DNA of 53,348 nt from a virus (IMGVR_UViG_3300029787_000068:1-53348), one strand, 5' to 3'; positions 45,732 through 53,348 are shown, counted from the stretch's first letter. Program-made: numbers and translations. The notes: a model not told the origin generated them from the sequence alone.

Positions 45732-46193
45732 CTAACGGATAGAGTCGGGCGGGTCATTCGCATTGACGAAGCCGAAGCGGTTCGTGTGCGGCATCATTCG
45801 AGTGATTATCGTCTTCACAGTTCCAGGGGCATTTGGGCATTGTTCAATCGGGCATCCAGGTGCCAGTAATTCATGAGTCATAGGAGGGAAATCTTGGTAT
45901 GAGCGTCTTGTCAAATTATCAAACAGAACGGGCATCTTCCACAGTGCGATCCAGCCTTCAAAGTTGCACATCTTGCAGTGTTCTTCGAGGCTACGTCCTT
46001 CAAGTATTGCATCGCGGTCCTCGTCGGAGAGTCGTGCGATATGCGTCTCGATGCAAAGTTGGTAGACGAGTTCAGGGAAGTGCAGCACACCTTGCCCCAT
46101 GTAGATCGAAGAAGCATAAATCATCTTAGCGGACAGGGATTCAAAGCCAACACCGGCTTCACCTCTTTGTTGAGCTAGTAAATCTGGAAACAT
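45732..46193 (-). CDS. Hypothetical protein
   Basis: GGAGG RBS. Confidence 0.55.
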   Translation of the reverse strand: MFPDLLAQQRGEAGVGFESLSAKMIYASSIYMGQGVLHFPELVYQLCIETHIARLSDEDRDAILEGRSLEEHCKMCNFEGWIALWKMPVLFDNLTRRSYQDFPPMTHELLAPGCPIEQCPNAPGTVKTIITRMMPHTNRFGFVNANDPPDSIR

Positions 46194-46271
46194 AGGCTTA
46201 CACCTCCACAGGATTATCAGGAATGCATAACTGGACGACCTTGCGTTCTTAGAGACATCTAGTTTTTCAGT

Positions 46272-46613
46272 TTAGCTTACAAGGAGGCGATCCTTGGCTA
46301 TACGGATCTTCAAGATAGCATCGATGCCCCCATTGTGCCACAGTTTTTCTTGTGCAGCATTGTCAGGAACAGTACCTGGAATCAGGACAAGTTCGTCACC
46401 GTCTGTATCGTAGACCCAGCCATTCATCACCGAACAGATACTCTTGTCATCGCAATGCCAACTGTGTCCCTTGTATTTCACGAACTGATACGTTGAAAAC
46501 AAAGCGTCTTCAAACTCAGTGATCTCAGTCGATGGTCTCCACTTCTCGTTCGGCAGCATCATCATGTACATCCTTGCACTCCGTAACAAAGTCAGGGTTC
46601 CTTTCCCCCTCAT
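46272..46613 (-). CDS. Hypothetical protein
   Basis: 113-aa ORF co-oriented with neighbours. Confidence 0.5.
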   Translation of the reverse strand: MRGKGTLTLLRSARMYMMMLPNEKWRPSTEITEFEDALFSTYQFVKYKGHSWHCDDKSICSVMNGWVYDTDGDELVLIPGTVPDNAAQEKLWHNGGIDAILKIRIAKDRLLVS

Positions 46614-46789
46614 TGTGCAAACCTATCCCCGCCTTGCAACCCCGCATCATGTCATCCCCCAGAGGCAACGATACCCCGCCCGCTAAACTAAAAAATAAAA
46701 TTAAAAATCATACACGTTCGTAGTTTTTGCAACATAGTATGAGAACCGGACACAGCCCTTTTGATTTCGCGTCTTCAAGAAATTCGATG

Positions 46790-47470
46790 CACTATATATT
46801 GTATGCGTGTATGTACCCTATGTATGTGTGTGTAATGCTATGCAATTGTTTGCTTGATGCTACGCTGTATGTGCTATGTATTGTGTGTGTGGCACCCCCC
46901 ACCCCCTATGTGTAAATTTATTTATTCATTGTGTGTGTCCCCCCTATGTGTCATGTGTGTAAATTATTTGTGTGATGATGTTCATGTGATGTGTGTATGT
47001 GTATGCCTACTATGTGTATGTATATGTATGTGATGTATGCTATGTGTATGTGCTATGTGTTAGCTATGTGTATGTGTATGTATGTGTATTGATTAGCTAT
47101 GTATGTATGTACTATGTATGTATTATGTTATATGTATGTGTATGTACCCCCCCTCTCTCCCCCTCAGCCCACCACGTATGTATGTACCCCCCTCCGGTAT
47201 TAAAATTGAGATGTGTATCCTACCCCCCTCGGGCTACCTCTTTTGTGCAGCTGTATGCACCACCACCCCTACCCCCCTCGGGATGTCCTCGGGATATTGA
47301 AAGAGATCCGCTGTTCGTTCGGGTTAGTTAACTGAAAGATCTTAACCTTTAAGAGATATGTAGATATCTTTGTAGATCTTGATAATAATAAGAGGCACCC
47401 CTACCCCCACCCCCCTACGCGCGATGTACTATGCGTGCGCGCGCGTTATATACCCCCTATAGTCCCCCTT
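46790..47470. repeat. Low-complexity TATG/TGTG tract followed by repeated TACCCCCC boxes
   Basis: Degenerate (TATG/TG)n at 46790-47145; C-tracts near 47143, 47183, 47221, 47270, 47402 and 47451. Confidence 0.8.
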
Positions 47471-47605
47471 TTGGGCGTTTCGCTGCGCTCTGTTTCCAGC
47501 AAGCTATAGTATCGGGGATTATTTTTGTGCCGCTACCGGCTAAATAAGAGCCTCTCAGACCTACCCAGGGAGGAGTAAAATCTGAGAGACTCGACTCGCG
47601 AATTC

Positions 47606-47917
47606 TCAGGCTCCTTTCTTGATTACCAGATCGAAAGATCCGCAGCAGTTCGAGACGTGGAAGCCTTGGTAGGTGTCGTTGTCGATGCGGGTGAAGTAGT
47701 CTCGGCTACCCTTTACGAACCATGCTCCGGCCACTCCGCAGTGGTTGTCGAAGCCATCGCTCGGCAGAGCGACATCGTAGGTGTCTTCGACCGGCATCGT
47801 GCAATCGTACATCCCGTCGAACTTCGACTCCAGCTTGATCAAGAGACCTTTGCCCAGGTTCTTGCGGATGAAAGATTTGACGGTTGCGAGCGTTGCTTTT
47901 TTTTCGGTCTTGATCAT
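47606..47917 (-). CDS. Hypothetical cassette protein
   Basis: GAGGA RBS; ATVKSFIRKN...GAWFV.GSRDYF...SNCCG. Confidence 0.65.
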   Translation of the reverse strand: MIKTEKKATLATVKSFIRKNLGKGLLIKLESKFDGMYDCTMPVEDTYDVALPSDGFDNHCGVAGAWFVKGSRDYFTRIDNDTYQGFHVSNCCGSFDLVIKKGA

Positions 47918-47960
47918 TTTCTTGTCCTCGTTGTTGATTGTTTCTCTCTTGTATGCTCTT

Positions 47961-47988
47961 ATTATAACCCTTATCGGCTAGGTTGCAA
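47961..47988 (-). promoter_or_regulatory. CCGAT-spacer promoter
   Basis: TTGCAA-CCTAGCCGATAAGGGT (16 nt)-TATAAT. Confidence 0.7.
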
Positions 47989-48028
47989 GCCTAATTTTAG
48001 CTTTTTTTCCTTTTTTTTGGATCTTTTT

Positions 48029-48322
48029 TTAGCAGTTGATCGTCGCCCACTTGCCGTCTTCTTTGTACTGGCAGTCGGTCAAGCCGTAGCTGTTCTCCAG
48101 GTCGTCGAATGCCTCCAGGCAGCTGTCTTCGCGGCTGTAACCCTCAAACAGTACCACGCCGTCAGCATCGAGGAGACGGAACTTGTGCGGGTACGTTTCC
48201 GCTTCGCTCTTGCGTCCCAGCTGCTTATCGACCAGGGATGGTCCCGCCAGCTTGCGAGTACTAACGAGGATGGGGGCCGGTCCGTTCCAGTCGAGCTTGC
48301 TGGTAATGATGTAGTGTTTCAT
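48029..48322 (-). CDS. Hypothetical cassette protein
   Basis: GGAG RBS; FRLLDADG...FEG motif. Confidence 0.65.
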   Translation of the reverse strand: MKHYIITSKLDWNGPAPILVSTRKLAGPSLVDKQLGRKSEAETYPHKFRLLDADGVVLFEGYSREDSCLEAFDDLENSYGLTDCQYKEDGKWATINC

Positions 48323-48323
48323 C

Positions 48324-48527
48324 TTAGATCTTTACTCCGTTGAGGATTTGATTGTGGGTTCCCTGCTTGCTGACGATGCTTCGCAGGCTGCTGGTGTGAA
48401 CTTTGCGGCAACCGCCCAGGCTGCTGGTGACCACTGCCTGATTGCCTTTGACGATCAGCACCTGAACGATTCCCTTGCCAGAGACCAGGGCGATGGCGTG
48501 GTTCGGATTGAAGGTTGTGGTTTTCAT
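48324..48527 (-). CDS. Hypothetical cassette protein
   Basis: AAGGGA RBS; in-frame upstream ATG at 48560. Confidence 0.55.
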   Translation of the reverse strand: MKTTTFNPNHAIALVSGKGIVQVLIVKGNQAVVTSSLGGCRKVHTSSLRSIVSKQGTHNQILNGVKI

Positions 48528-48566
48528 CTCGCTTCCCTTGTTGTTGATTGTGTTTGACATGTCCTG

Positions 48567-48594
48567 ATTATACATCCTATATCGGCAGTGTAAA
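48567..48594 (-). promoter_or_regulatory. CCGAT-spacer promoter
   Basis: TTTACA-CTGCCGATATAGGATG (16 nt)-TATAAT. Confidence 0.7.
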
Positions 48595-48810
48595 GAGGAA
48601 CCTGAAGAAAATTCGGCTTTTTTAGGAAGTTTTTTTTTGCCTGCCGATTCGGTGATTTTCCGGCGACATCGAGATATTAATATAGCCGCTAGGGGGTCTA
48701 TTTGGGGCTATGCGGGCCGCAAAGGTGGGCCAGAAAGCTATAGCTTGCGAGCGCGCTAGGGAGCGAAATAGGAGGTCAGAGGGATTTCCCCTCTGCCTCC
48801 CTCCCGTCTG

Positions 48811-49089
48811 CTAGCACTCGCAGAGGCCAAGGCTCTCAGCGACTCCCTCGGGGTCGCTGGCGACCTCTGCCTCGATGAGGCTTTGGATCTCAGCCATCTC
48901 CTCAGCGGAGAACTCCTGGCCGTCAGTCACGACTACCTTGCCCTCGACCCATGCCTCGGCGTCAGCGGCCCAGGCCGGATCCGACGAATGGTTGGCCTCT
49001 TCCAGTCCGACCTCACACTCAAGGTCAACGTGAACGATCTTGCGGCCAGAGGAAAGGACGGTATCTTGAAGAAGTGTTGCGAATGTCAT
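48811..49089 (-). CDS. Acidic hypothetical cassette protein
   Basis: GGGAG RBS; in-frame upstream ATG at 49131. Confidence 0.6.
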   Translation of the reverse strand: MTFATLLQDTVLSSGRKIVHVDLECEVGLEEANHSSDPAWAADAEAWVEGKVVVTDGQEFSAEEMAEIQSLIEAEVASDPEGVAESLGLCEC

Positions 49090-49137
49090 GGTCTCGACTC
49101 CCTTGCTGTTGTTGTTGTTTCCGTTTGTCATGCCCTG

Positions 49138-49165
49138 ATTATACTTCCTTTATCGGCAACCGCAA
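49138..49165 (-). promoter_or_regulatory. CCGAT-spacer promoter
   Basis: TTGCGG-TTGCCGATAAAGGAAG (16 nt)-TATAAT. Confidence 0.65.
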
Positions 49166-49576
49166 CCCCAGTCTGAACTTTATTTTGCTTTTTTCGGATC
49201 TTTTTTTTTGGCGTCAATTGGCGACTATTTTCGCCATCCGGCGAAAATGCCCGCTAAGTGGTAGGGGTTCCTAGCCTACTATAGTATTCTGGATTTTATT
49301 TTGGCCGTTAGGGGCTGAATTTCGACCTCGGAGGTAGCAAAGCTCGGGACTTTGCGATTTTGCGATTTTGCCCGTATCGTCTGAAGTCGATATATCGACC
49401 GGCCCGATCCTGTGCGATTTTAGGGGTATTCTGGGCGATATCGAAAAAACCCCCCATTGTCCCCATTGTGATGGACCAACCGTGTCCACCCCCTAGCCGA
49501 TAATGAGGGGGGATCCAAATATTTTGGGGATTGTCCAAATATTTTTGGGATCCGGCCAGTGCAGTCGTCTGCACAT

Positions 49577-49612
49577 AAAAAAACCCCCGCCCGCTGAACA
49601 GCGGACGAGGGA
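49577..49612 (-). terminator. Intrinsic terminator
   Basis: CCCTCGTCCGCTG-TT-CAGCGGGCGGGGG followed by T7. Confidence 0.7.
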
Positions 49613-49641
49613 TCAACAAGGAGAATTCCCTGCCCGATCTT

Positions 49642-50079
49642 TTAGATCTCAAAGATCGGTTTGATTGCCTCATAGCATGCATTCAATATTTGATATTGAA
49701 TGTCGATGAACGTCGACCAGATCAGGAAGACCCCATTGGTCAACGCTTCCAGCGTTTGCAACACACCGACCGAGTTAGCCGATACCAGTATGCCGATGAT
49801 CACACCGAACGCAAACACCGACCCGACCACAAACGCACCCCAACCGATTTGATGCCAGAACAATCGTTCTGCATCGAGTTCGGTCAGATCAAAATCGTAA
49901 TCGTCCTCATCGACCAACTCGACATCGTCGAGGTCGTCAAGGTCGATGGCTTCGGCAGCGGGCCGAGTTGCAACCGCTTGCAATTCTACTGGCTCACCAC
50001 CGATGGTATCGACCTGACTCCAGACCGATCCCTGTCCGTTTCGACGGACTGCATCTTGTAGCGTGAAACGCTCTTGCAT
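49642..50079 (-). CDS. Membrane protein with acidic N-terminal region
   Basis: AAGGAG RBS; D/E tract then a TM helix (GWGAFVVGSVFAFGVIIGILV). Confidence 0.6.
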   Translation of the reverse strand: MQERFTLQDAVRRNGQGSVWSQVDTIGGEPVELQAVATRPAAEAIDLDDLDDVELVDEDDYDFDLTELDAERLFWHQIGWGAFVVGSVFAFGVIIGILVSANSVGVLQTLEALTNGVFLIWSTFIDIQYQILNACYEAIKPIFEI

Positions 50080-50140
50080 AAGTTTTCTCTCCTTGAAAAA
50101 ACCGACTGGGCGGGGGGACGATGTGTCCCCCCTCTTGACC

Positions 50141-50227
50141 CTATCGACGTTTGCGGTCGCCTGGCCGCGTGATGTACAAACAACACGCAACCGAGACGAG
50201 AACGCAAAGCAAACTGAAACTCGTCAC
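50141..50227 (-). CDS. 28-aa hydrophobic peptide
   Basis: AAGGAGG RBS, GTG start: MTSFSLLCVLVSVACCLYITRPGDRKRR. Confidence 0.5.
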   Translation of the reverse strand: MTSFSLLCVLVSVACCLYITRPGDRKRR

Positions 50228-50275
50228 TTGTTGTCCTCCTTGTTAAGGGGAAGTGGACGGGAAACGCTGGCGTGG

Positions 50276-50365
50276 TCAAACCATCTTGACCGCTATAACC
50301 AGCAACGAAGCGGAAACGGCGACCATCGCCATTGCCGAAGCGGAAACTAAAACTAAACTCTTCAT
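50276..50365 (-). CDS. 29-aa hydrophobic peptide
   Basis: AAGGAG RBS: MKSLVLVSASAMAMVAVSASLLVIAVKMV. Confidence 0.5.
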   Translation of the reverse strand: MKSLVLVSASAMAMVAVSASLLVIAVKMV

Positions 50366-50408
50366 GATCGAACTCCTTGTTGAAGGGAAGCGTAAATGTC
50401 ATATGAGT

Positions 50409-50437
50409 ATGTTAGCTGTTATCGGTTACCTTGTCAA
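50409..50437 (-). promoter_or_regulatory. CCGAT-spacer promoter
   Basis: TTGACA-17 nt containing CCGATAA-TAACAT. Confidence 0.55.
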
Positions 50438-50528
50438 GTAAAATCCACCTTTTTCGGAAAGTTTTTTTTGCCTTATTTTATAGGGGTTTCCGACCGAATA
50501 ATTTTTTATTTTTATTGGCCGATATCGG

Positions 50529-50557
50529 TTGACATGCCGATACTAATAGTGTCTAAT
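50529..50557 (+). promoter_or_regulatory. CCGAT-spacer promoter (divergent)
   Basis: TTGACA-TGCCGATACTAATAGTG (17 nt)-TCTAAT. Confidence 0.6.
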
Positions 50558-50734
50558 AGCTTACATGAGAGTTGGGATTGGTTATCCCTTACATGCGTTT
50601 GAACCAAGTGACAAACCAACGGCAAAGATGCAGTAATGCAAGTTGAGCCGTGAGCCGGTTGCCGGTGTCGAATCAATAAGTTAGTTATCAAAAAACAATT
50701 TGTGTTTCTTTTCTCTTTTCAACAAGGAGCGATT

Positions 50735-51553
50735 ATGCCAATCACTTTGAAACTAGCAGGCGATTTGTGTAAAGCGAACGGGTTTGGATCCCTACTAACT
50801 TTGCCGAATCACAATGCCAAGCTTGCCAAGAGCAAGGGCTTCTACAATTGTGGAATTTCTTTTGTTCCTGGCAACCTTTCAGGCCATGAAGTTTGTCCTG
50901 GTCGTGGCAACTGTTTCACCTTTGAGGGTGAATCGGTTTGCCTTGCGACCAAGGGACAAGCGGAGGGCTTGTCATCTATCAACGAGGCTAGGAAAGCACG
51001 AACCGTGTTTCGGTTCGCGGATCCTGAGCGGTTCGACGATGTGCTACGTGCAGAAATGCACAAAGCGGATCGGGCCGCTAGTCGGGCAGATGTGCCGGTT
51101 GCGTTTCGACCGAACATCTTTTCTGACTTGCCTTGGCATAGGTCGCATCCTTGGATGTTCACCGAATTTGCTCATTGGAGCTTCTACGGTTACACCAAGG
51201 TGCGTGGGTTCTATCGGGAATATCTCGGTGGCAAGCTTCCCGCGAATTATCATCTGACTTATTCCTACTCGGAACGGGTCGACGATGATTATTGTCGGGA
51301 CATCCTCGGGCAGGGTGGTACGATGGCCGTTGTCTTCAAAGGCAAGACGGCTGCGGATCTCCCGAAACGGTTTCTCGGTCACGATGTGATCGATGCCGTT
51401 TCATCCGATCTTCGTTTTCAGGATCGGCCAGGGGTTGTTTGCGGGCTGGCCGTTAAGACGCCAAAACGTAAAGCGGATGCAATCCGCTTTCGCGGGCTGG
51501 TGACTCGGTCAGGCTTTGTGGTGGATCCGGCAACCGACAGCCGGTGCGAATAG
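50735..51553 (+). CDS. Gene-product-88 (GP88)-like Cys-motif protein
   Basis: VCP....C.......CL, R.N..SD, FYGYTK, PANYHLTYS.SE and SDLRF.D; AAGGAG RBS. Confidence 0.7.
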   Translation: MPITLKLAGDLCKANGFGSLLTLPNHNAKLAKSKGFYNCGISFVPGNLSGHEVCPGRGNCFTFEGESVCLATKGQAEGLSSINEARKARTVFRFADPERFDDVLRAEMHKADRAASRADVPVAFRPNIFSDLPWHRSHPWMFTEFAHWSFYGYTKVRGFYREYLGGKLPANYHLTYSYSERVDDDYCRDILGQGGTMAVVFKGKTAADLPKRFLGHDVIDAVSSDLRFQDRPGVVCGLAVKTPKRKADAIRFRGLVTRSGFVVDPATDSRCE

Positions 51554-51565
51554 CCTGCGGAATTT

Positions 51566-51602
51566 ACCCCCTTGGATCTTCGGATCTGAGGGGGTTTTTT
51601 TT
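51566..51602 (+). terminator. Intrinsic terminator
   Basis: ACCCCCTTGGATC-TTCG-GATCTGAGGGGGT followed by a T run. Confidence 0.8.
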
Positions 51603-51937
51603 TGGTTTTTTTTTGATAATTGTGCCGATAGGGGTTGATTTATTAAAGTTGATTTGTTACTCTGAAGGGAGTGGTGGGCGGGGTCTAGGCCCGCCGTGCG
51701 GATCGACCCGATAAAATTAAGGGTCCACCCTCCCTCCCACCCTGTTAAGGTAACCGATATCGGCACACTTCACAACCCCCCATGTGGCTAAATCTTTAGA
51801 GAAAACGGAAATAATTGTAGCCGCTATCGGCTCCATATTCGACGCCTAACGGCATCGAGAGGGGGGTCAAAGCTATAGTATTCGAGCGCGCTTTCATAGC
51901 TAAAAAACGAGCCTTTCGGCTCGCCTCTCCCTGGTGA

Positions 51938-52120
51938 TCAGCTGATCATTTCAGGGAACGTGATGAGGATCTCGTCCGCACCGTATACCGCACGCTCACC
52001 GCACGCTTCACAAGCGTACTTCCTAGCGTCCGGTTCTACCATGCCGGATTCCTCATGACAGCTAACGCAGAACCCAGTGGATTCGTAGCTAGCCGCCTCA
52101 ATCTGCTCAAGAGAAAACAT
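51938..52120 (-). CDS. Small zinc-ribbon protein
   Basis: GFCVSC...VEPDA..YACEACG..AVYGA; AAGGAGG RBS. Confidence 0.65.
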   Translation of the reverse strand: MFSLEQIEAASYESTGFCVSCHEESGMVEPDARKYACEACGERAVYGADEILITFPEMIS

Positions 52121-52188
52121 TGTTTTCTCCTCCTTGCTGAAGGAAAGCATACGATCCACTCGCGGGGGGATCGCGTCCCCGTTGTCTC

Positions 52189-52299
52189 TCATCCTTGTCG
52201 GATGGCTTGGGCAACCATTGCCCTCCATCGGGCGGGGCTGATTCCCTCGGGTCGACTGCCACCGAATCGGACGATCATTTGTACTCGGGTGACTGTCAT
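52189..52299 (-). CDS. 36-aa basic peptide
   Basis: AAGGA RBS after a promoter: MTVTRVQMIVRFGGSRPEGISPARWRAMVAQAIRQG. Confidence 0.45.
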   Translation of the reverse strand: MTVTRVQMIVRFGGSRPEGISPARWRAMVAQAIRQG

Positions 52300-52339
52300 G
52301 ATTGTTTTCCTTGCTTGCGTTGTTGTTTTGTATGCTCTT

Positions 52340-52367
52340 ATTATAACCTTTATCGGATGCATTGCAA
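52340..52367 (-). promoter_or_regulatory. CCGAT-spacer promoter
   Basis: TTGCAA-TGCATCCGATAAAGGT (16 nt)-TATAAT. Confidence 0.7.
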
Positions 52368-52618
52368 GGGCATCTGGAGAAAAAGAGAAGTTTTTTTGGA
52401 AGTTTTTTTATCGGGCTGGGGACCAACCGTGTCCAATGTTAAGATGGGTTAGTGCATACGTCTGCACAGGGGCTGTATTTTAGCCTGTAACGGAAGATTA
52501 TTTGGCCCGCAAGCTATAGTATTCGAGCGCGCTACTCAGAAAGAAGAAGCGAATCCCAGTGACAAGCCTGTCGGATTCGCCTCGGTCCCCAGTGTCAAGC
52601 CTGACGGGACCACTCGCC

Positions 52619-52774
52619 TCAGTCGTCAGCTTCGACGACCTCAAACCCCGAAGGGACAAACCATCGGGACATGATGTCCCGACCGTGGGCTTCAGCTTCG
52701 GCAACGGTATCAAACCGCTTCCCGTTGTAGCTGAATCCCGATTCCCCTGGGATGATAAATGCAACCTTGTACAT
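52619..52774 (-). CDS. 51-aa hypothetical protein
   Basis: GGGAG RBS: MYKVAFIIPGESGFSYNGKRFDTVAEAEAHGRDIMSRWFVPSGFEVVEADD. Not in the ORF track. Confidence 0.6.
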   Translation of the reverse strand: MYKVAFIIPGESGFSYNGKRFDTVAEAEAHGRDIMSRWFVPSGFEVVEADD

Positions 52775-52984
52775 TTATATCTCCCTGTTGAAGGAAAGGT
52801 TTCTTGGTCAACTCTCGGGGTGACCGTCTTATTCCCCGTTGAGGATTTTCTACGGTTCCTGCCAACCGCTTCGGAAGCAATCTTTTAAGAGGATCCGAAG
52901 TTCCTCTCTGGATGTTCTACGGTTCCAGCAACCGCTTGAGTTTCAGTCTTTAAAGAGCAAACTCAAGTAACTCTCATGTAATCA

Positions 52985-53012
52985 ATATTACCATAATCGG
53001 ATACATTGTCAA
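52985..53012 (-). promoter_or_regulatory. CCGAT-spacer promoter
   Basis: TTGACA-ATGTATCCGATTATGG (16 nt)-TAATAT. Confidence 0.7.
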
Positions 53013-53348
53013 GTAAAATCCAGAAAAATAACCGGATTATTTTATTTTCTCGGAAATATATTTTGAGTTTTTTTATGGGGGGTGGACCAACCGTGTCCAT
53101 TGGTAAACTGGGTAAGTGCCTACGCCTGCACAGAGGCTCTTATTTAGCCGCTAACGGAAGATCTTTTGGCATGCAAGCTATAGTATGCCCGCCCGCCCTA
53201 AAATTACCGCCAGCGGCACCCACTACATCTTGGGGGTCACTCGATATCGACGCACAAGATGTAGTACCCCATATGTTGATTCCATCGCCTGGGGTCTGAG
53301 ATAATCAGGCCGAACCCGAATTGGAAAATTTCTCAGATAGACGTGGGT

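Larger units (their letters stand above)
52420..53186. repeat. Two copies of a ~105-bp imperfect intergenic repeat (52420-52523 and 53084-53186)
   Basis: Both read GGACCAACCGTGTCCA...GTGC.TACG.CTGCACAG.GGCT...TTTAGCC..TAACGGAAGAT...TTTGGC..GCAAGCTATAGTAT. Confidence 0.8.

Noticed and set aside
46727-47331. + strand Tyr/Val/Cys/Met-rich ORFs
   Set aside because: Translation artefacts of the TATG low-complexity tract.
47501-53186. T7-type promoters (ACTATAG on the - strand)
   Set aside because: The upstream TAATACGACTC specificity region is missing, and no single-subunit RNA polymerase is seen in the window.
1-53348. Stop-codon reassignment
   Set aside because: Genes pack tightly under the standard code, and TAA, TAG and TGA all end well-supported genes.

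Overview
Segment of a tailed dsDNA phage (siphovirus-like) genome, almost all on the - strand, read with the standard genetic code. Positions 1-20.9 kb hold the virion morphogenesis module: ParB-like protein, terminases, portal, MuF/toxin, prohead protease-scaffold, HK97-fold capsid, neck and tail genes, frameshifted tail chaperone and the start of the tape measure. Three glycosyltransferases are embedded in it. Positions 21-46.6 kb are accessory genes: about six more glycosyltransferase-like ORFs, radical SAM/SPASM, SDR, CsrA-like, RNAP alpha-CTD-like, DEDDh exonuclease, papain-like peptidase with membrane proteins, phosphoesterase and DNA methyltransferase. Positions 46.7-47.5 kb are low-complexity non-coding DNA, and 47.5-53.3 kb are small promoter-gene-hairpin cassettes. 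The standout feature is a ~1.6 kb non-coding unit (33.69-35.34 kb, - strand) with its own predicted promoter and U-tract. It consists of seven abutting, mutually unrelated structured RNA modules, each closed by a 16-25 bp stem that starts with GAG; one module is tRNA/tmRNA-TLD-like. Also notable are a dispersed 16-bp palindrome (GTGCA-N6-TGCAC), a family of mostly 16-bp-spacer CCGAT promoters, several repeated RNA leader motifs with covariation, a HiPIP-like micro-ORF in the head module and a capsid N-arm peptide copied into another head-module gene. All family assignments come from motif recognition by eye; no database searches or folding programs were run. The host is unknown, and Planctomycetota is only a weak guess.
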